This document shows positions 13,407 through 27,368 of a stretch of DNA of 64,000 nucleotides, piece by piece (position 1 is the first letter of the stretch; each line of letters starts with the position of its first letter). The position numbers and the translations under genes are program-made. The DNA comes from Massalongia carnosa (Eukaryota). The notes beneath the pieces are model-generated. The model saw nothing but the letters and a program-made list of their open reading frames with translations. It ran no database searches and was not told the DNA's origin. The DNA lies in assembly GCA_965645245.1 (NCBI GenBank), contig OZ287073.1:124001-188000 (forward strand), given 5' to 3'.

Positions 13407-15042
13407 TAGTACTGATCCAAAACTGCTTCTGTCTCTCAATGTAGTCACAACGAAGATGAAGTTGATAAAGAGAATGACAATGACTCTAATGACAATAATA
13501 GCGACAGCAATCATGACGGCGAGAGCGACAATATGAGTGTTCATACTGACATAAGTGACTGGAATAGATTCAGTGATCGTTCTTTTGTTTTTAGGTCTCG
13601 CTGATTCTCGGCTCAAAACGATGAAGATATTGCGATCGAGAGTGACAAGAGTTTAACATCTCATCGCGACAAAAATATTACCCTCGAGAGTGAAATGAAT
13701 TCCTCATCTCGATCTCAATCGTCGTCAATTGAAACAGACTCATCGGAAGAGACTAAGGAAGAGCAGAAGAACTATGCTATGCTCGTTGGGCTATTGGATG
13801 GTTAGACATGGACGAGGCACAGTTACAACAATTTCAAAGGTTTGATATGAATCAGACGTTTGCTGGAACACTACAGGGACATAGAAATTACAAACGTCGC
13901 TTTCCAGAGGCGGCCGAAGAAGATGCTCGCAAAAAACGAATACTTTATGCTAAACAGGTACGTACTCACCTTAAGATTAATTCATGGCTAATCATTGAGG
14001 GCAGGGTCGAAGATATCTGACAGAGCGACAGTATCAAATTATCGTTCCTCATTTCGAGCATATAGCTCCAGCTCCATCGTCGCATACTTCATTTCTTAGA
14101 AAGTTATTCACCCGCCCATTATGGACGTATCCTCAAAGACGATGTCCTCTTCCTCTACGCATTCCATTAGGAGAGCCAACACTACTTTCGGAAGGGGAGA
14201 GAACACCAGTGGGCTATGATTCTGATGACTTTCCGTACGAAAAAGACGATGCATTATCGGAAGAGAGAGAGGAAGTCGAGAATACACTAGCGGAAGAGCG
14301 ACAGGAAGCTGATAATATACTAGTGGAGGAGCAAATTTGGAGCATGCTAGAGAAAGGTAAAGAACGTGACCGGGCACTGATCTCACCTCGTAAATCTAGA
14401 ACTGGACGGATATTGAAACCTACTGTGAGAGCGCAAGAAGCTTTACACACAAAGTATGCCAACTTAGCGAAGGTAGCTTTAGAAAGCTCTAGAGAAGTGT
14501 CATTGACTGACTTAATAAACAAGTCACCTCCTCGAAAACGACAAATGCGAGGGACAAAGCCGAGTCAATAGATGGGTCTAGAGATTATCCTTACAGAGAG
14601 AAAGGATAAGCAATCGTGAGTTCTGTCATGAAGTGACAGAGCATCTACCGGCTAGCTATGTCTCATGTGCCACTTCTTCGGAGGCGATTTTTTGGTGAAG
14701 GAATGACATATCGAAACATGACAGTCTAGGGATAGAAAATTAGATCATGATATTCTATTGTGATGTTTTCCGTATATTTTTGTATAGGTATCTACTCGCT
14801 TTTCCTCGTGCTTGTCATTTAATCGTGCGGTCGCAATATTCCAAATGACCCCCTTCAATTAATTACAGTTCTTGGGGGTCATCGTGACAGCGCCAGAAGC
14901 AAAACTACGTGTATATTACGGTAATTGACCCCCAAATAACCCCCGGGCAAGATGGGGGGGTTATTTGGGGGTCATCTCAGTAATTTGCCGGTTTTTTTTT
15001 GTCCCCAGCTGTGGCGGGTTATTTGGGGGTCATCTCAGTAAC

Positions 15043-18000
15043 TGTTAGTAGCACTAGTAGATAGAACGGGCTGTGGGCACGACTAGAGGCTATTAAGGTC
15101 TTCGTCACTGTTAGGCACGGGACGCCTAGCCAGCCACGTGACCCCGAAAAGGGGCACACGCCTATATAGCCCACGCTCGCTACTAGCTAATAGAACAACC
15201 TTACCATCCAACTCAAGCACTGACGTAGTCATACGTCTGGTGCCACGAGTTGGGGTAAACCCACACTGATCAGTTTAGCTATTCAGATCAGAATACCCCA
15301 ATCATTAAAACCTGAAAACCTCGCTATCGCTGACGATGGCAGGTTCTCCGAGCGTTGCTCCGAGCGCCGAAAACGCGATCGAGTCAACCGAGTCAACAAA
15401 TCCCTTTCCCAACGGCATCGATCTGGAGACGGCCGATGCCGAGACAATCAAGAAATATGTTAAATATCACTTCCAAAGATAAGCAGACAATGACTACGAG
15501 GACTACTATCTATGGAATATCGTCCAGGGAAACTTCGAGCACTTCAAAGAGGAGCATTTCAACAAATTCGATCGAGACACCTGGGAACTCGTAAAGGCCT
15601 ACTGCTATCACCACGGCATTTGGATCGATCACAACTACGGGCCCGGCAGGACTCGCGCATCCTTCATGAGAAAGGCTATCAACACGGAATGGGAACTGGA
15701 CTGGACTCTCGAACAAATTAAATGGGTTCAAGGACGATATAAACATCTATCCGAGAAAACCCTCGACCGAAAGCGAGAACTCATGAGCATCATCGAGTCA
15801 GATAACCTAAATCTCATCGCTGCAAACTCGCGAGGTCTATCTGTGGATCCGAGAACACAATCGTACCAGGATACCAGACTCCAGACCCCATTGCATCAGT
15901 CTGCATCACCAAATCCGTACATACCTCAGGCACCCCTCGCGTCGCAGTCCCCACAATTTACTCAGCAGATCTCGCAACAACTACCTCCGAGTCAATCATC
16001 GCATCAAACGCCTCATCATCAATTTCAGGAGAACTCGACCAATCAATACGCCAAGGAATTGACTCTGCTAGAGAAAATCTACAAGGATAACGACAAGTTT
16101 AGTGGCACGGGCGACAACTTCGGTTTCAAACTCACCATATTCCTCGACAAATGCAGGCGAGTCGGACTACCTCATATCGCGTTCATTCATGGAGCCTCGA
16201 TTATGCTTTCTGGTCATGCATTGACTCATTACTATGCAAATCGAGGTTCCGCCGCGTCGTTTGATGATTTCTGTCAAAACATGAGGACATTCTTTGAAGG
16301 GCCCGAGTGGGAACGCTACAATCTGGCAAAGTGGCAAACCATCTCCCTGAACGATGTTATCTCGGCCAACCCCTCGCTGTCGACAACCGAGTGTCTCAGA
16401 AAGCTATGCACCGAGCTGGACACGATACAACGAGGCATCAATACGGCATATCACGGGTCAATTCATCTGCGAGAAAACATCATTCCGGCCTGTAGGGGTC
16501 ACCCAGCACTCGCGGCCGGTTTAACAAATCCACCACAGGACACACCAGGATTGGTCAATAACCTCTATGCCTCAATCGTCAATTATGAAGCGGTGCATAA
16601 GTCCGCGCAGGGGAGCTATCTAGGCGAGAATGAGGACGATGAGGAGTCTTTCTTCACCGATCGGCAGTATCGCCGAGGCGGTTTCAACCCTCGCTCTCGC
16701 GGCGGACAACGTTTCAACCGATCAAGTTATTCATCTCGAAACCAGTCTCGAAAGCCGTCTCGTGGCCCAATGCGTCAAAAACGCTGCTTCGTATGCGATG
16801 AAGAAGGATGCTGGTCAACGAACCACTTATCGAAAGAACAGGAGGACTCCAAGAAGCGCTGGGGAGATAGGCATCCCAAGTACAAAAATCGCTCAGGCTA
16901 TGAACGCAATCTTCGTCAATACATCGCTAATTATGAGGGCAATGATGAAGATGAAGACGAAATAGCTCACTTTTCGGAGACCTGTCCATCGAGGCAAAAG
17001 ACCCTTCTCTTGATGCAGAGGTCGCTACCGAGATGTTTCATACCTCGATTGGCACCCTTCATGCAGTTGAGTCTATTAATGCGATCAACATGCTGACCAA
17101 TAAGGCCTTCGAACATCGCATAACTTGGTCAGACAATACCATCGCCCCCGTCTCAGTGCCCTACAGTTTTATCACGTCAACCGACACTCGCTACGACGAG
17201 TCCGAGTTTAAAGGGCTACTGATCGATTCCGGTGCTGCAACTCGGTCAACCGGTGGCATTGGGCAGCTAAAGGCCTTGCAGAAGATCATGTCGATAAAAC
17301 TCGACGAGACAACGGCTAGGTCAGCAAATTTCGTCTTTGGCATCGGTAGTACGTCTTCAATCGGCACGGTCAACCTGATACCCCAATAGGAAGAATCGTC
17401 TTTCATATCGTACGAGTCAATACGCCGTTTCTCCTCTGCCTCGCCGACATGGACAAGCTAGGTGCCTTCTTCAATAACCTAACCAATCAAGTTGTTCAGG
17501 CCCAACATACTCATCCTGTGATTCGCCGGTATGGTCATGCGTTTCTGTTATGGTGCACATCCGCATATGCCCTCGCGATTGAATCATTCTCGGAAAATCC
17601 ATGCTTCTTAACTACCACCGAGCTCCGCCGACTACATCGTCGCTTCGGGCACCCATCAGTCTCGCGCCTACATCGGATTCTCGAGCTATCAGGTCATGAT
17701 GTCGACCTTCGAGCCCTAGAATACCTCGTTAAATATTGCCACCATTGTCAGAAGCACGGAAAGTCGCCAGGCAGGTTCGGTTTTACCATAAAAGATGACG
17801 TCGAGTTTAACTACCACATTGTCGTCGATATTCTTTACATAGAAGGCAAGGCGGTGCTGCAGTTAGTCGACGGGGCAACTCGATTTCAAGCAGGACGGTG
17901 GCTGAAGGACATTTCGGCCAGACATGTATGGGATCAGCTACGGGCATGTTGGATCGATACCTATCTCGGCCCCCCCGACCTGATCTCGGCCGATGCAGGC

Positions 18001-20436
18001 AAACAGTTCATGGCCAGGGAATTCCGACAATATGCTGCAAACATGGGAATCATTGTCAAAAACGTCCCCGTCGAAGCGCATCACTCCATCGGTCTAGTTG
18101 AACGCTATCATGGACCACTTCGTCGAGCATATAGCATCATAACTGCCGAAATTCCCGGAATCGAGCCCGAGTTGGTCCTACAAATGGCATTCAAGGCACT
18201 CAACGACTCGGTAGGACCGAATGGTCTAGTTCCGACGTTGCTTGTATTCGGTGCCTGCCCGAGAATGATTGAAATGGATGCTCCCTCGCCTACAATCACC
18301 CAACGCACGATAGCCATGAGAAATGCTATGGAGGAGGTACGCAAGCTGCATGCATCTCGTCAGGTTAATGATGCATTGAACACTCGAAACGGCCCGTCCA
18401 CCACCTTGATTCACGACTTGCCCATCAATTCGCCGGTGCTAGTATTCCGAGAAGGCAATGCAGGTCGATCAGGGACGTGGAAGGGACCATACAAACTTCT
18501 CAGCCTACAAGGCGAGTCGGCTATCATCGAGCTGTCGAGCGGACCCACCAAATTCCGTTCCACCTCGTTGAAACCGTACTACGACCTTGCTGCTGATGGC
18601 ATGAAGGATACAAATAAAGATGAAAAAGATGACGAAAGCGCAGGAGACGCCGACGTTGGTGCAGGACGTATAGATGATGGTACAGGAGATGCCTCATCTA
18701 TTAACCCTCGCACCTCGGGACATGTTCCCTCGATCGATGCAAGAGACACCCCTCCTACGAATCCCCTCGTCTCGGGAATCATTGCCCCGACTGCCTCACC
18801 TTCATCAGCACCATCAGCACCAGTCAAACGTGGCCGTGGAAGACCCAGAAAGCATCCCGAACATGTCAATTTCACTACGCCTTCCAACATCTGCTTCGTC
18901 ATCGATACTCCTGAAGATAATGATGACGACATCTCGAAATTACCCCAATTCACCTCATCGAGGCAAAAGGAAGTCGCCGCACTTCTAGAAAAAGGTGTAT
19001 TCAAACTCGTAAATTCTGAAGACGTTCCAGCTGACGCACGCGTTTTCAACTTGAGGTTTGTTGACGAAATAAAGAATCCTGGCACCGATAAGGCTTTCGA
19101 GAAATCACGTCTGGTCGTACAGGCCTACAATGACCTCAATAAAGACCTCTTTCTGACACAGTCACCGACAATTCAACGAGTCAGTCAACGTCTTATCATC
19201 TGCCTCACAGCAACATTTCAAAACGAGTCAACAAAGCTATACCTTCGCGACGTCACTCAGGCATATGTTCAATCAAATTCCGAGTTGAATCGTGACTTTT
19301 ACATCCGCCCGCCTCATGAACTCACCGCGATGATGGGAGCTCCATCCAACTGCATCCTGAAAGTCATAAAACCTCTCTATGGCGTCCCGGAAGCAGGCAA
19401 TCATTGGTTCGCCACGTATCATGCCCATCATACTAGAAAACTCGGCATGACCGAGTCAACCTACGATCCATGCCTACTCTACAAATCCGAGCCTTTTGGC
19501 ATCGTTGGCCTACAAACTGACGACACCCTTATGCTAGCAAGCGACACCTTTTCGGCCGAAGAAGAAGATGCTATCAAGAAGGCTAAGATCATGACTAAAG
19601 AGCGCACTCATCTCATCCTCGAAACCCCAATCAAGTTCAATGGCACCATGATCCGACTCGCCCCGAGCAGAGACATCATGTTGAGCCAGGAAACTCGTGT
19701 TGGAGGCATCTCGCTGGTTAAGAATCATGACGCCTCGACAACTAGCTCGCGAGGCATCGTTCGAGAAAAGTTGTCTTCGAAAGAGCAATATGTGGCCCAA
19801 CGAGCTAGAGGTGCATACACAGCTTCCATCTGTCAGCTCGAGGCCTCTTTCGATCTATCTTATGCCGCTCAGTCAACAAAGTTCTCCTCAGATGATATCA
19901 ATGCCCTAAACAAGCGACTTAAGTGGCAAATAGACAATCAATCCCGAGGGCTGAAATACGTCAAACTCGATCGAAACAGCCTTCAGTTGGTCGTTTTCAC
20001 CGATTCATCCTTCACCAACAACCGAGACCTCTCATCACAAATCGGTTATGTCATATGCCCTGCTGACTCGACTGACAAAGCCAACGTCATTCATTGGTCA
20101 TCAATTAAGTGTAAAAGGGTGACGCGGAGTGTCTTGGCCGCCGAGCTATATGGCATGGCACATGGGTTCGATATCGGGGCCGTCATAAAGGCAACCCTTA
20201 GCAAACTTCTCGGAACCGACATTCCACTGATTCTCTGCACGGATTCAAAATCGCTATATGACTGCTTAGTAAAACTCGGGACGACCCAAGAGAAACGCTT
20301 AATGATTGATGTCATGACTCTCCGTCAGTCATACGAGAGACGTGAGGTGACCGAGGTGAAATAGAACAACTTTACCATCCAACTCAAGCACTGACGTAGT
20401 CATACGTCTGGTGCCACGAGTTGGGGTAAACCCACA
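15043..20436 (+). mobile_element. Copia-type LTR retrotransposon with a deletion across the RNase H end and the 3' LTR
   Basis: 5' LTR 15043-15265; partial 3' LTR 20360-20436; TSD GTAAC; gag from 15336, PR LLIDSGAA, IN, RT in Copia order. Confidence 0.93.
17449..20364 (+). CDS. Pol (IN-RT-RNase H, C-terminally truncated)
   Basis: HRRFGH...CHHCQ, DADAGKQF-like IN core, RLVVQAY, DVTQAY, LQTDD, FTDSSF. Confidence 0.9.
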   Translation: MDKLGAFFNNLTNQVVQAQHTHPVIRRYGHAFLLWCTSAYALAIESFSENPCFLTTTELRRLHRRFGHPSVSRLHRILELSGHDVDLRALEYLVKYCHHCQKHGKSPGRFGFTIKDDVEFNYHIVVDILYIEGKAVLQLVDGATRFQAGRWLKDISARHVWDQLRACWIDTYLGPPDLISADAGKQFMAREFRQYAANMGIIVKNVPVEAHHSIGLVERYHGPLRRAYSIITAEIPGIEPELVLQMAFKALNDSVGPNGLVPTLLVFGACPRMIEMDAPSPTITQRTIAMRNAMEEVRKLHASRQVNDALNTRNGPSTTLIHDLPINSPVLVFREGNAGRSGTWKGPYKLLSLQGESAIIELSSGPTKFRSTSLKPYYDLAADGMKDTNKDEKDDESAGDADVGAGRIDDGTGDASSINPRTSGHVPSIDARDTPPTNPLVSGIIAPTASPSSAPSAPVKRGRGRPRKHPEHVNFTTPSNICFVIDTPEDNDDDISKLPQFTSSRQKEVAALLEKGVFKLVNSEDVPADARVFNLRFVDEIKNPGTDKAFEKSRLVVQAYNDLNKDLFLTQSPTIQRVSQRLIICLTATFQNESTKLYLRDVTQAYVQSNSELNRDFYIRPPHELTAMMGAPSNCILKVIKPLYGVPEAGNHWFATYHAHHTRKLGMTESTYDPCLLYKSEPFGIVGLQTDDTLMLASDTFSAEEEDAIKKAKIMTKERTHLILETPIKFNGTMIRLAPSRDIMLSQETRVGGISLVKNHDASTTSSRGIVREKLSSKEQYVAQRARGAYTASICQLEASFDLSYAAQSTKFSSDDINALNKRLKWQIDNQSRGLKYVKLDRNSLQLVVFTDSSFTNNRDLSSQIGYVICPADSTDKANVIHWSSIKCKRVTRSVLAAELYGMAHGFDIGAVIKATLSKLLGTDIPLILCTDSKSLYDCLVKLGTTQEKRLMIDVMTLRQSYERREVTEVK

Positions 20437-21696
20437 GTAACTTGCCGTTTATTAAATTTAAAAGATTTTTTCGAGACATTTTTCGAGTATCAGTCACATA
20501 ACTTCAAAAGTTCGCTTTCTGCAGAGCGAAGATCATGTCTCTAAATCATTTCTTATAATTATCACTCTTCATGAGTGAAGAAATGTGTATAGACTCTTTC
20601 TTTTAAAACATGTCAGAGAAAATGATGTGAAAGCAAGAAAGAGCCTCTCGTTATGAGAGGAATATTAGCAGGAAATATATATATATATGAAGAAGGATGA
20701 AGTAGATGAGAAAGATGAAGATATGTTTTGACAATCCATGTGAGGACTTATTCGACGTAGTGAAAGTGAGCCGAGCTCATAACCTGATGAATATGATGAT
20801 TCACGTGTAGATATAATAGCATGATTGTCATTGAAGGTAATTATCCATGAGGGCTATCTATCTGCTTTTATAGCAGTCACAAAAAGCAGTCACATAACAG
20901 TGATGCTTCAGGCCTCCCATAGCTGCCTGTTAGTCACCTCCATAACTGTCTATTAGGCACCTCCTATAGGTGCCTGGCAGGCACCCGTGGGACTCACGAT
21001 GGATGCCTATACTGGTGGTAGTCTGACCATCTAACCGATGGTAGCCTCACTATTTAACATACGCCTCAACGCCACCATAACAGCCACAACCCTTACGAAC
21101 GATGAAGTAATCCGCGGCCCCTCCTCGCCCACGTGCGTGATCGACAACCGCCTTGGCGACCTCTTCGGCCTCACGTCCCCGTAACCGTCCAGCCCGACCG
21201 CCGGGAATCTAGCGCCGCGCAGCAGATGTACATGCACATCATCACCTTCTCAATTGGGACGTGTGAAGTCAGCATCCAATCCCCACTTCACAATGAGGAG
21301 ACTTCTCCTTCTACGAGGCGTGCATACGCAGCTGCTAATTCATAACGGAAACCTGCATGCTTGTCGGCGGGGGGCGCCCAAGCGACGGAATGACTATGTG
21401 GTGGCGCGTTGCGGGCGTGTGGCGGAGTAGATAGACGGGGTTGAGTGTGAATACGGATTATAATCTGGGGCCGGGGCATATGGTTGGCCCGCCGGGGTAT
21501 CTTCAGCATTTGTTGGGGACAGAGGATACGGGGACTGTGCTGGGGCCAGGGTTGAGTACGATTGTGGGGCGGCCGAGTGGGACGGTGGTGGTGATGGTGG
21601 TGGTGACGGGGGTGAGACCGACGGTTTTGGTTGGACGGGGGACGGAGTCGGGGGTCGGGGGTCGGGGGTGCTATGGCGTGAGAGGGGAGGGAAGGG

Positions 21697-24600
21697 TGTT
21701 GAAGTGAATTGTTGATCACTATAGTGCATGTACGAATATTTAGAAGGAATAGTTTTGATTAATTCTATCGTGGGTGCTTTTGAGCACCCACATCGGCTAA
21801 ACTACCCTAGGCCCATTCCGGCCAAGCAGTCACCAACTGCCTGACACTTGTCCGTTAGGCTAATGTTTAGCGTAACATCAACACTCCCACTCAGGCATGG
21901 TGTCTGCCTTGGTTGATGCTATTCATAAATTGCCCTGCCCTACCTCATGCCCATCATGGCCCTAAAGGCCTGGAACCTTGCTGGTGGTAGCGGCTTTGTC
22001 ATCCCATTTGCTATCATTTCATTCGTTGAAATGTATGTGATGATTATCTTTCGGTCTAGTACAACTTCCCTTATCCAATGATGTCGTACGTCAATATGCT
22101 TTGTTCGTTTATGGAACTATGGGTTAGCGGTAAGGTCAATCGCCCCCTTGTTGTCTGCTCGGAGGTCTGCTGGTTGGTCAGGTCGTCTGTGCCCGAGGGC
22201 CTCGAGGAAGCGAGAGCACCATAAGGCCTCCTTCCCTGCTTCAGTGATCGCCATATACTCAGCTTCGCATGAAGACAGAGCGACGGTCGGTTGTTGTTTT
22301 GATTGGTGAGAAATTGGACAGCCCGAAAGCATCCAAACGTACCCACCGGTCGACTTTCTTCCATCTACGGTCCCCGCCCAATCAGAGTCAGTGTATCCGA
22401 TTAGTTCATCCGGAGAGTCAGCCGAAAATGTCAGTCCTATGGTCAGTGTCCCTGCTAAATAGCGGAAGATTTGTTTGACTAGCTGTATGTGGGTGGGTCC
22501 GGGGTTGCTGCAATAGCGGCTGAGGACTCCCACAGAATAAGATATGTCGGGTCGGGTATGGACTGCTGGCCACATCAGTGATCCAATTGCTGACTGGTAC
22601 CAGGAAATGGTGGCTTTGTCCGCCGCCTGTTTTGAGGGGAGAAGGGAGCTCGCCACCCCCGGATCCATTGGTATAGAGGATTGCTTGCAGTCGGTCATTC
22701 CGAAACGGTCCAGAACCTTTTTGAGGTAGGTTGTTTGACGAAGGATTATTGTTTTTCCAACGTCAACGCCAATTTCCATTCCTAAATAGTGAGAGACGTC
22801 ATCCAGGTTCGTCATTTTGAACCGATCATATAGTTGTTTTTGTATGAACTCGAGGCGGGGTATGTCTGCCCCAAAGAGTAGTAGGTCGTCCACATATATC
22901 GCTATGTATTGCTTTTTGTCGTTTGAAACAAACTCTCCATGGTCTAGCTCCAATCGGTGAAATCCTAGCTTCTTTAGGAAATCGACAAGGGTCTGGTACC
23001 ACACTTGTGGCGATTGTTTCAGTCCATAAAGTGCTTTGATTAGCTTACAGACTAAATGGGGGGTGGTAATGAATAGATGAGGTTGTTCAACATAGATAAA
23101 TTCGTCGAGGTAGCCATAAAGAAATGCAGTCACCACATCCATGTGACGTACGATAAACCCTCGTTTGACCCCAACACCCATCATTGCTTTGTATGACATG
23201 GGCTTGACCACTGCAGCGAAGGTGTCGATGTAGTCTAGACCTTCTTCCTGCTTATAGCCATGAACCACCCATCGTGCTTTGTATTTTAGGATATTTCCAT
23301 GTCGATCCTTTTTCAGTTTGAACACCCATCGTCCGGTGATTACCCGTCGGTCTTTTGGTGCTTCGGTCAACTCCCACGTGCCATTTTCGGTATGAGATTC
23401 AATTTCGGCCTTCATGGCCTCCATCCATTTGGGCCAATCAGGCCTAGCCATAGCCTCTTTGAGCGAGAGGGGTTCGTCTGGCCCTTCATTATCAATGTTG
23501 TTTGCAAGCATGGTTAGTGCCTTCATCATATGTATGTGGGATTTTGCCACGTTTGTGCTAGTGAAGTTAGTTCGTTTCGGTAGCCTACCTGGTCCATAAA
23601 AAATCTCATCAGGATATTGTGTTCGTTTGACTGGTGCCCGCTTGGACCTTCTCAATGGAACATGGTCAGAGGTGAAAGAATTGTGGCCTTCCGAGGCCTC
23701 GGGGGTCTCGGGGTCGGTGGCCTCGGCCTCGTGGTTGGTGGCCTCGGGGTCGTGGGTCAGACTATCATAGGGACTATCATAATTTCCCCCTCCATAATTT
23801 TCTTCGACATTTCTCCCTTCTGGCCTTGTTTGTTGTGAATCTCCCACTGAATTTTGGTGTGAATGTTCCGTGTTTGGAGGAGAATCGGGGGGTGTAGGTA
23901 GGTGAGGTTTATTTGACCGAGGGGTGTAATAGTCCTCGGGTTTGTTATTTCCCTCGTCGTCAAAATCGTCTGGATTTCCGAACTGATCATCGTCTGTTTG
24001 TGCCCATTCGTCATCAACAAGCTCGTTTGATCTGTAGGCTTTCCGGTCAAATAGGTTCTTTTCATCAATAGTTACGTCTCTAGTAACATGAACTTTGCCT
24101 GTGCAGGGGTCATATATCCGGTACTGATTGGTGCCTTCATAGCCCACATGGATGCCCTGCCAGGACCGTTCGTCTAGCTTCTTTCGCTTTTCCTTGGGAA
24201 TATGAACCCAAGCGCGTGCACCCAACACTCTTAGATGACCGAGGTTAGGCTTTTTGTTGTTTAGTTTCTCATATGGTGTCACCCCGTCCGTGTTAGGACT
24301 TCTGTTCTTCAGATAACACACTGCTTTGATGATTTCAGGCCATAGGCCCTTCGGTAATTTCATCGCTGATAAGATGGACCGAACTGAACTCATCAGAGTA
24401 TAATTCAGTCGCTCGGCCTTTCCATTTTGCTCGGGTGTGTATGGGGCACTGCATTTCCATCTGATGTGTTGTTTCTTAAGATAGTCCTGAAAGGCTTCAT
24501 TGTCATATTCACCTCCCCCATCCGAATGGAGTGCTCCCATCTGCATGCCAGTTTCCTGAGACGTCCATTCGATATATTCCTTTGCCTTCTCAAAGGCCTG

Positions 24601-26805
24601 GCTCTTTAGCTTCATTGGATAAACATGGTACGTTCCAGTGGCATCGTCTTTGAAAGATATGTAGTATTGTAACCCGTTTCTGGAGGCCGGGTATGGGCCT
24701 CCCAAATCACTATGGACCTCTTCCAGGAATTTTGAAGCTCGGGGCATGGGAGTTCGTGACGGCTTACGTTGCTGTCTACCCTTCATGCAGGGCCCACAAA
24801 TTTCCTCTGGGACCGGCCCTTTCACCTCAATTCCTTCAGCTATTTGTGGAAGTTTGAGGATGTTTCGATAACCAAGGTGGCCCATTCTTTGATGCCAAAT
24901 TTCAATGGTTGGTTTAATTGCATTCACTACTGGTTTAGTGTTTGCGAAGTTCGTCTGCATAATCTCCGGGTTTTTAATTCGAAGAACATATTGTCGATTG
25001 ATAACGTCAGCTAGTCCGTGGATTTTGTTCTCATGAATTAATTGAGTAGGAACATCCGTACGTCTCAGGAACACCTCAACACCTTTCATTGCAAGGGGAA
25101 CGGTGCTCAGTAAGTTGTGGCCTAGGGCAGGTGCCCAGCTTACATCTTTTACTGTCAGGACATTTATTGATCCATCCTCCTGGACCATGTTTAGGACTAC
25201 GTCACCATACCCGAAGGCAGGAAGAACTTGCCCCGAGCCCGTTTGGAACTCATGGTAGTACTCAGTGTAGGTGGTAAAAAAGCCTCGGTTTGAGAAGAAA
25301 TGGTCGGTGGCCCCAGAGTCTATGATTACGTAGGGGTTTGGTTTTGGAATGACTGCGGCCACTGACTTACACGTCAAATGAATGGCCCCCATTCCTTTCT
25401 TCTCTTCGACCTCATTGGTCGGTGTGATCGGTATGATCTTTCTGATAAAGCAAGATAGCCCTTTGGTGGTTGCCTCTGGGGTGGTCGCCTCACTTTCCTG
25501 GTTCGTCTTGTTCTTTTTACAGAACTTCTTGATGTGGCCACGTTTACCACACCCATTACACTCCGCTTTGTCCATCCAGCAATCACCTTTTCCATGCGTT
25601 TTCTTGCACCTGGTGCAGACATATGTGTCTTTGCTGTCGGAAGTGTTATTGGAGTTGGAGTTGGAGTTCTCCCCCGGCTTTTTCTTTTTACCGGAGTCCC
25701 CACCTTTCTTTCCTTTCTGCGTGTAGTTCGCGGTTGCTTTGTCCTGATTGGCTAGTCGTAACTCTTCATCCTCCAAGGCCTTTGCTAGGACCTCGAGTGT
25801 TGGAAGTTCTGCTTTCTCCCTCGACTCATGGCTGAGGATGGCCAGGTAGGACTTGAACTGAGTGTCTAATGAATTTAGGGTATGAATTATGACCGCCTCG
25901 TCCATGGTTATTTTTAGGTCACTTATTTCAGAATTAATGTCCCTAATTTTACTGATGAACTCGGCCACGTTCTTGCAGTCCCGTTGGTGGATGGAGTGCA
26001 ACTTTCCGAGTGTATTCCATTTTGATGCCCAATTTTGTAACGTGTATCGCGATTGTAGGTGGTCCCATAGCTCTTTTGGAGTCCATCTAGCGAGTGTGTT
26101 TTTGGATAGGAATTCTTTCTGGACGGTCTCGGTGCACATTCGCCCAATTTTTGCTACCGTACGGCGCGAGTCATCGTTGAAGTCTTTGATTTTTAGGGAC
26201 CGCTGGTAAATTCGTTCGGCCCTTTCTTCATCATCATTTGTGGTCGCTACCAATGTTGGAGGTGGAATAGCCGTTCCTAGAACATGGTCCCATAGCTTAG
26301 CTTCCTCCAACGCAAAAGACATGTCGCGAGTCCATTGCTTGTAATTGGTTGAACCGGTCAGCTTTTTAAAGCTATAATCATACTTTGCATCAGATCCCAT
26401 GGCTGCGGTACTGAAATATGATTGGTTCGGTCGGGTCTGGTCGATCTGGTGCGTCTGCACCGTTTGGTGGGGGGTCGAAGCAAAAGTTGACTGGCTGGTC
26501 GACTATTTGCTTGTTTGGGGTCGCAGGAACGCTGACTGGTTGGTCAGTTACCTGATTAGAATATATTCGTAGTGACTATGTAATTGTAATGCAGGTACGC
26601 ATCCGGGTTCTCATAACCTGTTGAAGTGAATTGTTGATCACTATAGTGCATGTACGAATATTTAGAAGGAATAGTTTTGATTAATTCTATCGTGGGTGCT
26701 TTTGAGCACCCACATCGGCTAAACTACCCTAGGCCCATTCCGGCCAAGCAGTCACCAACTGCCTGACACTTGTCCGTTAGGCTAATGTTTAGCGTAACAT
26801 CAACA
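21697..26805 (-). mobile_element. Full-length young Ty1/Copia element
   Basis: 187-bp LTRs 21697-21883 and 26619-26805 look identical; TSD AAGGG; PBS ggttatgagaacccgg; PPT gagtgggag. Confidence 0.97.
21940..26400 (-). CDS. Copia gag-pol polyprotein with one in-frame TAG at 22117 (RNase H)
   Basis: CCHC knuckles, IIDSGAT, WHQRMGH...CGPC, HSDGGGE, YVDD, YTDSD; frame continues FHKRTKHIDVRHHW after the stop. Confidence 0.93.
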
Positions 26806-27368
26806 AAGGGGAGGGTGAGGGAGGGAGTCTGTGGTTTAGGGAGTTTGGTGGGTGGTGTAATTTGGATTCTGTGGGTATTTGGCGAGCGTTGAGACCTTGA
26901 ACTCCATCCCCACGGGCGTGGGTGAGACCTGCCAGCCTTGGAATGTCAAGCCACGATTCGACTCCCTTGAGTGCTCAATTTGCGAATAAGCGGTCATAAG
27001 ATGAGTTGCCTGATCCTTGCGGCAAGATCTAAATCAACCCTCATGTAGGAGTGACGCGGGCCTACAGCCAGCTAGAGGGTCGAAATAATAATTGGGGAAA
27101 TCGAGATTCATCTCAGAAAAATTTGTAGGCTCGAGTCGATCTATCGAATTAAATAAGAACGAAGAGCTAAATACATGCTGATAGATATCGAAGACGACGT
27201 CGGAGCAAGCTTGAAAGGGTGAAAACGAGGGAAAAGTTGAGGCCAAGTCAAAGGAGTTTCCTTCATGCGACAGATAGGCTCTCGAGGCCCTTCGTGTGCG
27301 CTATGGTTGACCCTCAACGGCCACAGCCATACTTATATTGATTAACCACTTTTGACAATTATTATTAT

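Larger units (their letters stand above)
9782..14990 (+). mobile_element. Mutator-like element (MULE) with ~200-bp TIRs
   Basis: Left TIR acggcaaattactgagatgacccccaaat... mirrored by ...gggggtcatctcagtaatttgccg; encloses a MULE transposase. Confidence 0.9.
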
